From Adineta vaga (taxonomy: Eukaryota; Animalia; Rotifera), in the NCBI GenBank assembly GCA_021613535.1, contig CP075494.1:11346001-11410000 (forward strand): a DNA stretch of 64,000 nt, written 5' to 3'. Under the pieces are notes generated by a model. The model worked only from the letters and a program-made list of their open reading frames with translations, ran no database searches and had not been told where the DNA came from. Positions 12,630 to 25,900 of this stretch are shown piece by piece. Position 1 is the first letter of the stretch; each line of letters begins with the position of its first letter. The position numbers were made by a program, and so were the translations under genes.

Positions 12630-13957
12630 TTAAGCAATGCTATCTTGAAGTTCTAATTTCACACGTCTATGATGATCAAATCGATCGTTTGGATTGGCTA
12701 AATAAGATTCTGATGATGAAGAATTTGATGATGGAGAAACAGAAGATGGATTTAAAGTTGGTGGATGATTTTGATAGAGTAAATTAAAATGTGGATGTTG
12801 ATTTAGAGGTAAACGTGTTAAAAGTTTTTCATCAATATGTCCCATTAAAAAAGGTAGATAATGAGGTGGTGGTGGTAGTGGTGGTGCAACGCCTTGTGAT
12901 GGACGATCATTAGAAGGATTATTTGCTGCAACACTTGCAGTTAAAGCATTTGAGAGATAGGATGACATGTGTTGACGAAATGATTCTATATCATGTGGAG
13001 CAATAAAACTTGGACTTTCTCGACCAAGAGCTTTTTCACGTTTACGCCATTTTGCACGACGATTTTGAAACCTGGAAGAAAAATAAATGATTAAAAACTA
13101 ATTATTTGATCTAATCTTTTCAGTTTGAATTATTTATTTATTACGACAATGAAATGTCTATTCGTTTCATATTTCATTCTTTAAATATTCCTTATGAACT
13201 CATCGTTGTCTTCTTTCTCCTACTTACCAAACTTGTACACGAGCTTCACTTAAATCTAATCTCATTGCCAATTCTTCTCTGGTGAATACATCTGGATATT
13301 GTGTTTTTTCAAATGAACGTTCTAATTGATGTAATTGATATGTAGAAAATGTTGTACGACTACGTCGAACTTTTCGCGGTCGTTCATCGGAACTATGTTG
13401 TTCACCTGATGAATCACGTTCTTCATCATTACTTGATAATTTATTATCCGAATTATTTATTGATGATGGAAATGGTACAATAGATGATGGTGAAAGAATT
13501 TCAGGTGCTAAATGAAGAGAAAAAAAAAGAAATCTTGATATTATTAGTTGTTTTCCATAATCTTATTCTTTTCTTCTATTGTTATTAATGAAGTAATTGA
13601 CGATGAAATTAACAAGACATTTTCTCTTTTCTTTTTCTCCGAACAATAAGAATAGATTTCCAATTCAATTGTATTGATTAAGTCTCATAGTACTTATACA
13701 TGTGTTTGAGTGGGGGTATGTATATGTATAATCGAAGAAACAAAAAGTTGAAGTGATCAATTAGAAACTGACAAGAATATGAAGACAATTCGAGATATGT
13801 TTCTTTACTTACGATCTAGAGTTTGCCGTTTATGTAATTGATGTTCATAATCTTCATTTTCATCAGATAATTTTCGTTTTAACAAAGTTGTTGTTGTTGA
13901 TGATGTTGAAGAGGAAGAATTATTTCCCAATATACAAGCAATTGTAAAACCTCGCAT
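12630..13957 (-). CDS. hbn: Homeobrain-type Q50 paired-like homeobox protein, 3 exons
   Basis: Exon 1 [12 protein letters not shown] is an eh1/octapeptide-like motif. The homeodomain [52 protein letters not shown]|[13 protein letters not shown] matches the homeobrain signature. An intron occupies 13072-13227. Confidence 0.85.
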
Positions 13958-15711
13958 TGTATAATAAATCTTCGGTGTTTCTTTTTCCTTCTTTTATTCA
14001 ATTATTAAATGTAGTGGATGATTTGATAGCGAGCGTACACCGAGAAAGAAAAACGTTGTATGTTCGTCAATAGAAGTAATAACGATGATAATTATATTCG
14101 CATTTTCTCTTCCTCTCTCTCTCTCTCTTTCTCTCCCGTTTTTCTTTTTCTTCCGCCGAGAGAAGAAGAGAAAAAAATTGAGTGCGTCGAGCTATTTCAT
14201 TGGTGCATATTATAAGTAGGACGAACTGTATGTTGTAATCAACAAACCAATATAATCATTTCACGCGTGTATATTGGACATAAAAAAAGTAAACGAAGGG
14301 AAAAAAGAGAAGAAACCTTAGTTCGAGGTTTCTTTCTTCTTTTTCTCTTTATAGCTTCGAGCTTGCTGTATATATTCGTTTCGCTGTCTGGTTGACGACA
14401 TTCTAATTTGTCTAAAATGATGACGATATTAAATAATATATGAATTACTAAACGACGTTCTACTGCTGTTAATTTTTTTATAGATTCTATTTGAATCAAA
14501 TGAATAAATCTCATCCAACGATTGAAATCAAAATACAAAAAAAGAAACCATCTAAATTAAGACGTTAGATAAATATTCAATTCTTTAATTAATTAGGTTT
14601 TTTTCTCGACTAATTAACAAAAAGAATTTTGTTCATATTTTTTTTCTTTCTTTTCCTATTCATCTATTATACTCAATTTAACACTTGAGTTTTCTTTCTT
14701 CTTGATCAACAATCAATTTAACATTAGTGAAAAGTTTCTTATCTTAGAAAAATAAATTTCTTGTAATTGAGTACTTAAATTAAAACTGAAGAATTAGTTC
14801 TATAATTACAATTTATATTAGAAAAACTTAGGAGAAAATAAATGTACTCAAGATGCATATTCTTGTGATATTGATATATTCGAATTGATCAAGAAGGAAA
14901 GACGACAACTGTCCTTAATACTTGTGAATACACGTGTCGATAATTGAACACTTCATTTCCTGTGAAATTAAACACAACTTTTTCTTTTTTGTCTCTTTGT
15001 CCATTGTTTCATATCACTTGCCATTGTCAAAGCCCTCGAGCATAATTAAATGTATATAGTTCATATTTATTTACATCTTGGACACACAAAATGATCAAGA
15101 GAAATACACACACACACACATATACGTGGCGCACTTGGAAGTTTATTAATTGATTTCAATCAATATATCATCAGTAGCCGATGGCAACTGACATGAATTT
15201 GGAAAATAATATTTAATGAATAGATGATTAAAACTAGTCATGCATAATGATGAAATATTATGTATAACGACAATCTTAAAAAGGTATCTTTTGATTATTC
15301 GAAGTTTATGATGGACATATTTTTTCATTATTAGTTACATGTAAACAGGTGTTAATATGGAAATTTTGCTGTAATTAAAAAGAAATCAAACAAAAGTTAA
15401 AAAACAAGGTTATTTTCCGGTCTATGAAGCAATCGGATTTTTATTATATTTTCATCATAGAATTGCGAAATAGTTTTTTTTGTCAATCTTAAAAATTACA
15501 TCAGTCGTAGAAGATGTGTTTTTTTTTCAACTAGTAGGTCGATTTTATGCTATGCTGAATTTCAAATATTACTCCAGAACAATTTTGGTCATGTGCCGTG
15601 TGCATAAGACTTATACTTATAGAAGAAAACGATGTCAATTATCAGGCTATATTCCTGATCTAATCTAAGTTAAAAATATTTATTAAATATAAAAATTGAA
15701 AGAATAATTGT

Positions 15712-17105
15712 CTATGAATTATTAGATTGACGGTTGAATAGAGTATTATGTTGAGAGAAATAGGATGTTGATGGTCTGAATGGTAGGAATTGAAACATTT
15801 CTGGAACTGTTGATCGAACAGAAGTTTTTGGTGTAATCTTTGATTGTTGACGACTGACGACTGATTTCGTTGAAATAGGATTAGATTTCTGGTGCGGATT
15901 ACGTTGTGTTATGGTGACCTTAGATGATTTTGTGGTGGTTTTAATTGAGTTATTGGTTGATGATGATGATGGTTTTGTAATTCGTTCCGATTGATGCATC
16001 AAAGCGGTAGTATTACGAAGTAAAGTGTTTTGTAGATTTGATTTATAACTAGTATTGTTCGATGAAAGATGAGAATTACTCAAACGATTTGGTACAACTA
16101 ATGAAATCAAATGATTACAATGAAATCAGAAGAAAGATAATTATTACTTGAACGAGATGGATAAGGTGTTGAGCAAATCTGTGGATATACATTAAAATTA
16201 TTTATAATTAAATGAAGTGGTTGTTGGAACGTTTTCAGATTGAAAAACGAGCGATGCAATGCTTGTTGACGTTTATTTACACAACTCGAACATTGATCAA
16301 AATAGATTTGTAAGTTTTGAATAATAAAAACAATTGAACATGAAGTATCTCTAAATAAAGATATTGAATTAAGTTTATATAAACAAATCTTACCGTTGTT
16401 TTCGTTGATTTTTCAACAATTGATTTTGTAGAAAAACTCCATCCATAACTAAACCACGATAACCAGATTCATTCAACAATCGATCCGAAAACTAGAACAT
16501 AATGTAACAGATCATAAATGCAGCATAGAAAAGTTTTACAAACATATTTTTGAACAAGGATTGTATTAATATCTGATAGATGAGTATGAGAAGAAAAATT
16601 GAGTTGATTGATATTGTTTAAACCATATTGTAAATCACCTAAGTCATATCCTTATTCAGAAAACAAATGAAAGATTTCGTCTAGAATTGATGTCTTTACT
16701 TTCAATAGCATTTTCTTTACGAGTCTTTGTTTCTATAAGGAAAAGAGAATCACATAATTAGCTTGATTTATTTTTTTACAAGTAGCGAAAATTCTCACTT
16801 GCAAAAGCAATTATTAAACCGATCATGAAAATCGAAAGAGCTATTATCGCAGCGGTAGTAAATAAACAAGTAACTAAACTTAAAGTTTTTCGTGATCGTC
16901 TGAAATAGAAATATTCTTCAATTATTTTAGATTCAGAAATAGGTTTTTACTCGGTTGTTTTAGAACGTATGTGAGAATACTGTTGCGTCATTTCTTCATT
17001 CTACAAATGAAAAGAATGAATCATTGATTCAGAGAAGATAGATTTGGTTACTAAAGGTGTAACTTCAACTTGTCGTAGTATATCCATTTGAGTTGTAATT
17101 GTCAT
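15712..17105 (-). CDS. Uncharacterised single-pass (type II-like) membrane protein with Ser/Thr-rich C-terminus, about 8 exons
   Basis: The spliced frame MTITTQMDILRQVEVTPL|NEEMTQQYSHIRSKTT|RSRKTLSLVTCLFTTAAIIALSIFMIGLIIAFA|...|GYDLGDLQYGLN...|...CSSCVNK...CSTPYPSRS|VPNRLS... uses canonical GT-AG sites. Confidence 0.6.
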
Positions 17106-17607
17106 AACTGCATATTTCATAGGAGAAGTTTCAATATGTACTGGTTCTATACGATTTGTTCGATTCATGGTTAAAAAATTGTTTTATTTTGATTACAATA
17201 TAGTAAAATGTAAAATGATCGCAGACAAACTTCCCTTTCTTCAATAGAACTTGTTCTCTTATTATTCTTGAAGGAGAAAAAAACAAATGTGTAAGGAAGA
17301 CAGAGTTTCTGCTATTATCTTTTAACAATGAGGTTCTCTTTTCGTCTACCGTCTGTCAAAACAAGAGAAATTCATCAATTATAACGTGCAAAGAAGATCA
17401 ATTAGATTAGACTTATACAAGAACGTCTGTCTCTACTACCATCTTTAGTTCGATAAAAAAACAATACGCCAGATGTCACTCATTAGTTTCTTTTTCTCCC
17501 TGATGATTGGATATAAATATCTCCTTCGACTCATTTGTTGACAGGGATATAAATCGCAAATTGCATGTAATTTCTATTTCTTTTCTAACCTTGCTGTGTT
17601 ACATTGC

Positions 17608-19876
17608 ATGAAAATGTCGAATAAATTGTTAACACCAAAACAAGAGCCCATGGGAGCTGCTGCGGTTAGTATATAAATTTAAAATTTAATCTCTAAAATT
17701 CACAAATCCCTTTTAGATCAATGATATGATGAGAGCTGCTCAAAGACAAATTAAAGATCGACAACAAGAACTGAATTTCACTGTTCGTAGATTCTTCTAT
17801 TCTTTCTATCATATGTTTTTCAATCTTATGCAATTTTAGGTGCCTGTGACTGCTGCACAACAACGTTTAGCAGAACTTCAAGCACGTATTGCAAAACAAT
17901 CAGGTAGAGTTGGTAAATTATATACAAAAAAGATCAAACGAATGAATTGCTTTTTAGGACATCTTCTTCCTATTCCACCTATCGATGAAAAACCTGTTCA
18001 TGTTACTATCGATCGAGAAGGTCGTACAATTGATTCAATCACTGGTGAAATTCTTCAGATTCCTAGTCGTATACCTACATTAAAAGCCAATCTTCGTGTT
18101 CAGAAAAAAGATATTAAACAAGAAGGACCGAAAATTAAAGCAGTTAAAGAAGTTGCTCCTGAATATCCTGGTATTGATGCATCAGCAAAATATCATGATG
18201 GTCGACTTTTGTAAATAATTTTCAATCTTTTTTCAATTACAATTTCATTCACTCTTTCTTTCATTTCGATTAGGGTTCGACCAGCTGTACGTAATCGTCG
18301 TGATTTGAAATTTGTTGAAAAAGGTAAATATGAAGATCTAGCAAATAAACAGCGTGCAAAAGCAAAACTGGAAAAGCTCCAAGAACAAATTTCACAAACG
18401 GCAAAAAAAGCTGGTATTACTGTTGGAAATAAAGCTGCTATTATTCAACCTAAAAAATTTTTCGTACGTAAATATTTTCCCTTTGATATTCATAAGAACT
18501 TTCATCTAATGAAAACTTTTGTTTTAGTCGGAATTGGACGTTCCCGATATTGAATGGTGGGACTATGTTATTCTTCAACAAAGCAAGTAAGTCCTTTTTA
18601 TATTATTACATTGAATGCGTAGGATCTTTCTTTAATATATATTTAGTTATCAGTCAATTACTCCAGAAGTTAATCTTGCACCAATGCTAACTGGAATTAC
18701 GCAACTTATCGAACATCCAACACAATTGAAACCACCATGTAAGATCTATGAAAAAATCCAAGTTGAAATTTTTCTATTTTGATTTTGTTTTTCATAGTTG
18801 AACCACATAAACCAGTTTTGATACCTATTCATCTCACAAAACGGGAACAAAAGAAAGTACGACGACAAAATCGTGCAGAAGTTTTGAAAGAACAACAAGA
18901 AAAAATTCGTCTTGGATTGATACCAGCACCAGAACCAAAAGGTAAGAATAGATTATTATGACAATCTGATGAAAATGATCATAAATGATACTTTTGTTTT
19001 CTATTTTTTAGTAAAAATTTCCAATATGATGCGTGTTTTATGTTCGGATCATGTTCAAGATCCAACAAAAATTGAAGAATATGTTCGAACTCAAATGGCA
19101 CAACGTATCAGGTAAGCTATTTTCTTCTTCGTTCATACAATAAAAGCATACTTTTCTATTTGCTTTTTTCAGAACACATGAAGAAACAAATGCAGCACGA
19201 AAACTATCTGCTGAACAACGTCGTGAAAAAAATACCAAACGAGCTACAGAGGATACAACGACTGGAGTTCATGCTGCAGTTTATCGTGTTCGATATTTAG
19301 AAGATCCATCTCATCGTTTTAAAATTGAAACCAATTGTAAACAATTACACATGACCGGTTGTGTTGTTCTTTGCAAAGATGTTAATATTATCGCTGTTGA
19401 AGGAGGTTAGAAATGATCATATGTTTTGTTTCACATCCAAGAACAATCTCTTTTTTCTTTCATTTAGGTCCTAAACAACAAAAGAAATTTCGTCGTCTAT
19501 TACTTAATCGAATTAAATGGAATGCTTCGTGTAAAAATCGAATGGATGATGGTATGTAGATATATTTCATTGACTTTTATTTCTACAATAGTTACTAACA
19601 ATTCTTTTCATAGATACAAATGAAGATTCGGAAAAACAACAAAATAAATGTGTACTTCTTTGGGAGGTAAGAATATCGAGTCAAATTCATTCAAAGTCTT
19701 TTCAATATCTTTCATTTTTCTTCTAGGGAACGGTTAAAGATCGTGCATTTGGTGAAATTAAATTTAAAGCATGTCCAACAGAAAATTTTGCTCGAGAACA
19801 TTTTCGTCGATATGGTGTGGAACATTATTGGGATATCGGACATAACGATTCGGTACTAGACGCATCTACTGATTAA
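17608..19876 (+). CDS. PRPF3: U4/U6 snRNP protein Prp3, multi-exon
   Basis: [43 protein letters not shown]...[44 protein letters not shown] and VEHYWD. Start at ATG 17608 or 17614. Confidence 0.95.
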
Positions 19877-20196
19877 GATGTTTCTTTTTCCTCTTCTTTT
19901 GTTGTATGTAAAAATATACGAATAGATCAATAAGTGAACAATAAACATGATGATCTATTGAACTTGATAAAAATCATTTCACCTACTCTGTAAACAATAA
20001 ATGATGATGAAAAGATTTTACTAATAGAGAAAAATATGACCCGTATTTTATTTTATTATTCTCATTCCGAATTTCATTTATATCAAAGCAAGAAGAAGAA
20101 GAAGAAGAAAAAAAGTTGATTAAATAGCAATACAAAAGAAATGTTGATAGGAGAATGACAATACGCTTTTTTTACAGAAATACTCGAATATAGCAT

Positions 20197-20423
20197 TCAC
20201 ATAGCTTCAAATTCGTCAATACGTCGTTTGACTAAAAAAAGAAAAGAAATACACAATCAGATTATAAATGAAAAGAAATTACAGATATCTTACCAGTTCC
20301 TTCACGAATTTTCTTCAATGTTTTATATTTATCAATACCTTTGTCAAGCATATTTTCACGATATATTTTATCTTCACGTGTATCTTCTTTTTGTTGTCGT
20401 CGACCGAGATCTTGTCGTGTTTC
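20197..20423 (-). CDS. Alternative ERM C-terminal tail B (exons 20294-20423 and 20197-20231)
   Basis: A phase-0 acceptor ctag| precedes ETRQDLGRRQQKEDTREDKIYRENMLDKGIDKYKTLKKIREGT, then a GT-AG intron 20232-20293, then VKRRIDEFEAM*. Confidence 0.85.
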
Positions 20424-20607
20424 CTAGATTAACAAAATAAAAATCGTTTTTTTATGAACAGAATATTCAGTCCGCCCATCACCCAATGTGATTCATAGAG
20501 CTAAAGCCTGATAGAGAAGAAGAAAATGAGATACATTAATAAGCATTTATTTTCAAGAGTAAAGAATATACAAATTTTTTAAGAATCATTCGTCTATATG
20601 AAGAAAA

Positions 20608-23600
20608 TTACATTGACTCAAATTCGTCAATGCGTTTCTTCGTATTCCCCTGTCGAATCATTTTTAATGTCTTGTATTTATCTCGACCTGATGCAAGATT
20701 TTGTTCATGTAAACGATCATTATCGGTGACTTTGTGTGAATTTTGTACAGAACCCAATTCATATTTGAGAGCCTGAAGAAGAAGCAAGTTAGCAAAAGAG
20801 CATGTGCAAATCAGTATGTGCAAAAAAAGCAAGAAGCATAAAAATCTATGAATGAATTTTACTTACTTCAAGTTTGCGTTTTATATTTTGATTACGTGTC
20901 GTGACACTAACACGACTTTCTTCATGACGTGATGCATTTGGATCCGTTTCAAATTGTATATCTTAAAAAACAATAGAGATAATGAATAGATTCGATAATA
21001 TTCAATTTGAATAACGAACCGTGTCCATTATGACTTGTCATACTGTTTTCTTCGTCATCACTGTCGGGAACATCCATAGGATGACGATTATCAATACGAG
21101 AATCGGGATAAGGATTATTACCGTTTTCTTTAGCTTCAAGAACCTAAACAGAATCAAACTTAGCGTCTGTAAAGGAAAGAAGATTGCAAAATTCATGATA
21201 TTTGGAGATAAAAGCGTGTACAGGTCGAAATATTTTTGTCTCTGCGAGTATTTTCCAAAGTAGAAGAAGAACGATTTTTGGAAGCAAGTAGATCGCGCAA
21301 AATCTTACTCTTTTATTTGCTTCACGTAATTCTTGTTCGAGTTGACGTGCTTCATTCTCTTTTTGTTGAGCCTCTTGCGCTTTTTCTTCGGCTAATATAC
21401 GAGTTTTTTCAATGTCTTGAACCTTTGAAAGAAGATATCAAATTGTTTTTTTTGAAGAAAGAAGTGCATTAGAAGCCATTCTTTCGCACATCTTTTTGAA
21501 GTTTTTTTTCTTCTATTCTAATATGTGCTAAAAGCTCTTTTTGTTATGTGAAAGTGATAGGAGATGTGTTCATACCCAAGAACAAATAGGATTGTCCAAA
21601 CGCCATAATTGCTGAAAAATATAGGATTACAATGATTAGTGTATGCGTTTCACGTTAACTTTCACTATTGTGAATATGCTCATTAATGTACTGCGGAAAA
21701 GGAATGTTAATCATTCAGACAAGATAAAAATTTTTGAAATGAAATTTAACCTACGATTTTCTCTTTTTGTATGTCTTCATATTGGATTCGATCCATCATT
21801 CTTTGATGTTCTCTTTCTGCTTCTTCTCGTTCTTGTTGTACACGTCTTTCGGCTTCTTCTGCTTGTAAACGTCTATCGTTCAATTCGTTTGCCATTCGAT
21901 TTTGCTCTTCTACAGCTAAAAAACAAATAAATTAGAATATTTTCAACACTAAAGAAAAGCAATTTGTTAATTATCAAAGAAAACTAATGACCAAAATATA
22001 ATCATTTCTTAGCATATATTCTTACACTCATCCTCATCGAACGTACTTAAAAACAATCGTGGTGGTTTTTCTAAAATAAATCGATGGACTATAGTAGACC
22101 ATATATCTCATACAAACCTCGTTTGACAGCATTTGTAGTGTCTTCAAAACTTTTTACGCGTTCTTCCATTTCTTTTCGATCTTTTTCAGCTTGTTGACGA
22201 AGTGCAATTTCAGTTTGCATACGTTGTCTAGAGAAAACATAACCAAAAATTCCTTTTGAATATTCATTTCAAAAATGATAATACCGTTCTCGTTCTCGTG
22301 CCGTTCGTTCCTCTCGTGCTTGTTGTTTCATTTGTTGAATGTCAAGAGGATCTGCCTTTCGACGACGCATATATAATTCATGATTACCCATACATAAGGA
22401 TAAAATTCGTCGATTGATACGAAGTCTTGGTGCATAGAAATGAAACGGAGGAGATTTTTTCTCCATTGGTTTTATGACAAATTTCTTATCATTAAAAGAT
22501 ATATTCTGTATTTCACTCCATGGAAAACCAATTTTTGGTGTTAATCTAAAGAAAATAAAAGATAGAGATAGAAATAGAGATGATAGTTGAAGGATCGAAT
22601 TTACTTGTCTTGTTTTTCGTAAATATTAAGACCAAGAGCATCAACACCAAGGTAAAGTTCAGTACCTTTTTTATTTTTTATATCGAAATAATTGACACCA
22701 TACATTTCAAGATCTTGAGCAACTTTCAAATATTCAAGCATAGCTTCTTCTCTAAATTCATAATGAAAAGTACAATGTACTTTTGTTTTCAAAATCAAAT
22801 AAAAGAATTAAGTCATGAATGAATGCCAACGATTCTCTATTTGAACAGATATACAAATGAAGTCTGATTAGTAATGGAATTTGTTGACATTGTTTCAATT
22901 CTAGAACGATTTTTTCTTATCTGTGGATGAAAACTCTATGGTACAAAGGTTATCTCGTAGTACTCTCATTGCAGATAACTTACTTCACTAATCCTCGGTG
23001 TTCTTTCCACCAATTGACTACACGTTTTTCCCATTCATCAATTGATAATTGATATTGTTCTACCACACGTCTCGGTAAAAGACGTTCATGATGTAAAACT
23101 CCTGGGCGATGTACATCCTCTTTGAAATCACCATGTTTCGCTTGCATCGCATAGGAAGCAAGTAGAACACATGTCTCAGGTGGACAATAGATCTCATCAG
23201 TAAGAATTGAATCTTTCACTTGAAGAAAGAAAAGTTTCTAAAATAAGACAAGAAAAATATGAATGGATATTGATGGATATTGATAATCTACTTGAGTAAT
23301 TTCTTGAATGAGTTCTTCGGATACTTCTTCGGGAAAGAAACGAGCACGAAATTTAAATGCTAATGGTTGATCGAGTGATTTCTTAATATCTTGACTAAGA
23401 ACTTTTTTATTTAATTTAAGCCAACAGGGAAAATCTTTTGAGTCTGTAAATAATAAACCGAAAAACCAAATTTCACGAAGACCAATATTTTTTACAACCT
23501 AGAATTCATGATTCAATTCAATACTTTTGTTTTTCCAATCTGAACTATATCTACTTGATCGAATAATTGTTTACCAGTGGTATTCGGTTGAATAGCAAAT

Positions 23601-23892
23601 TCAAGTTCCGAATCCATGGTAACTACACGGACAGTGACCTAAATACAGAATGATGATTATAGATAACACTTGGATTATCCTGATAAAATTTGCAACATTA
23701 GATCATATATATACACATCGTGTTTCCAATGGATAAAAATGATTAACATGTAATCGGAAACCCGTACATTCTTGTAAAAAAGATCGTACTCTTAATCTTA
23801 TTGACAATTACTATTAGGATTACTTCAATGTCCATATTCATTGAAAGTTATCACGATTCAATCTCATTATAACTTACTGGTTTTGGTGGCAT
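20608..23892 (-). CDS. Moe: ERM (ezrin/radixin/moesin) protein, isoform with proximal C-terminal tail A
   Basis: MPPKP|[32 protein letters not shown] domain ([68 protein letters not shown]), coiled coil, and [32 protein letters not shown]. Confidence 0.95.
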
Positions 23893-25518
23893 TGTTTATA
23901 AATATGTTAATGGATTTGTTTGACGGCTTAATCGATGTTGTTTAAAAATATTTTACACATAGAGATATCGCCTATCTGTGCTCGTCCACAGCAGAATGTC
24001 TGTTAGAGTATATGAGTGTGTGTGTTTATCTAAAAACGAACAAAAGAAAAGAAAAACGCTGTAGGAGGACGAAGAAATGCGACGTATGTCAATAGTGATA
24101 GTGCTGCGATATTATAGAGAAGAGAAGAGAAGAGAAGAAAAAAGCGAATAGCAAACGAATATGTGATTCATTGAAAACGAACGGATGGTATCTGCTCGAA
24201 ATTTGATGTCTCTTCGTTGATGTCAGCTTGAAGAGCTCAAAAGAGTATTTGTTCCGTTGTATGATGAACAATAATGGGCGTCTATCATGATCAAATATAA
24301 CATAACATGAATCAATAATGATCTAAGCATCATTGGTCAGTTGCAATGAAAAAGAATAGAATAAGGTTATTTTACAATGAATAGCACGTGCCGGACAGTG
24401 TTAAGTCAATAAGACGAAAATGAATTTTTCTGTCTGAGTTCTTATATGATATGTCGATGTGTTAAAAGAAGGCCGTATAAAAGATATGGGTATTTATTTG
24501 AGAGCTACAGGTTAGAATCTTATCATTTGTGTTTAGATCTTCACAAGATGATAGAATATTTTTATTTAAATAAGACAATGACAAAAACCGACAAGTACGA
24601 TGGAAAGAAGAAGAAGAAGAAGTGATCGATAGTTAACTATTCCTTTCAAGAGAGAGAGACAATGAAAGAAGTGCGTCATCTTGACATCATGAACACATGA
24701 ATATCAGCGTTTGTCTATATATAAAATGAATAAATAATGAACACATAAAAGATTATGAGGTACTTTCTATTCAATTCAAGGGTCATTGATGCTCATACTG
24801 ACAGTTATGTTTGAGTATAATTAAGTTCGATACAATCATCTATATAAATATTATATAACTAATAATAGACTTACACTGTTTGAAAAAAAAAGTATAGAAT
24901 AAAATATTGATCTTATGCTTTTAACATATATTTAGGATTAAACCTCACGCATCGAAATGATGACTATAACTACTATTATTTCAATAACAAAAATACAGTG
25001 AACAAACAATAAACGAGAAAAAAAAGCGAACGAAGAGAAGAAAAAGAAGAAGAAGATAAGACGAAAGTCAATTTCAAATGTGTGTTAAAGAGAAGAAACG
25101 AAAACGTATAGTAACAGACAAAGATATACTGTAAATAATAGAAAGACGAACAGCGGTGTCGGTAAGAGAAGGGCTTGTAAGATTTCACCTATTAATTTAT
25201 TGTAGAGAAAAAGAATGAATTTTTTTGTCTACTAGTATCTGTAATGATGAAGAACGAGAAAAGAACAAGCACAAATAGACAAATGATACGAGAAGTAGCC
25301 AATGTTATTACTAATGAGGAAGAATATGTCATTTTCATACTATATACTAACTAGAAAGGATTCACGAATAATATCAATATGAGTCAACTTAGAAACAAAG
25401 TTTCAATAAAACGATACTTTCTTCTCGTTTTTCTTTACATTCAAGATCATAAATACGAAAACTACTGATTACAAAAGATATGTAAAGAATATTGTTGTCA
25501 TAAAATCGAACTCTTCGT

Positions 25519-25857
25519 TTATATGGTTAAACCAAAAATACTGATAATTGAAAAGATATTCTGATTTTCCCATTTAACTGTCACACAACCATCTGTAGTT
25601 CCATCCCAAATACAAGATAAAGCTGTGTGTAAACCAAAATTATTTTCTTGACTTTTTTCTCCGATTAAAACTGTCACAACATATTTCATTTGTTGATTAT
25701 GAAATTTCTCTTGTATATCTTTTAATCGTTGTAAAATCTCCGTTAGAATATCAATATTCCATTGTCGAACATGTTCATTCACAAAAAGTTTCTCACCGAT
25801 TTTTTCATGTAAAACTTCTTTAGTAATCTGTTTTATTTCATCAATATTAAATAACAT
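25519..25857 (-). CDS. Tctex-1 family dynein light chain-like (intronless)
   Basis: MLFNIDEIKQITKEVL...VRQWNIDIL...MKYVVTVLIGEK...GLHTALSCIWDGTTDGCVTVKWENQNIFSIISIFGL carries the Tctex-1 signature. Confidence 0.85.
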   Translation of the reverse strand: MLFNIDEIKQITKEVLHEKIGEKLFVNEHVRQWNIDILTEILQRLKDIQEKFHNQQMKYVVTVLIGEKSQENNFGLHTALSCIWDGTTDGCVTVKWENQNIFSIISIFGLTI

Positions 25858-25900
25858 TATACGATAAATAAATAGAAAGACAGAAAAAAACAACGCGCTT

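Noticed and set aside
21150-21200. Second acceptor (tttacag) 23 nt upstream of an ERM exon
   Set aside because: Its use would frameshift, and there is no supporting evidence.
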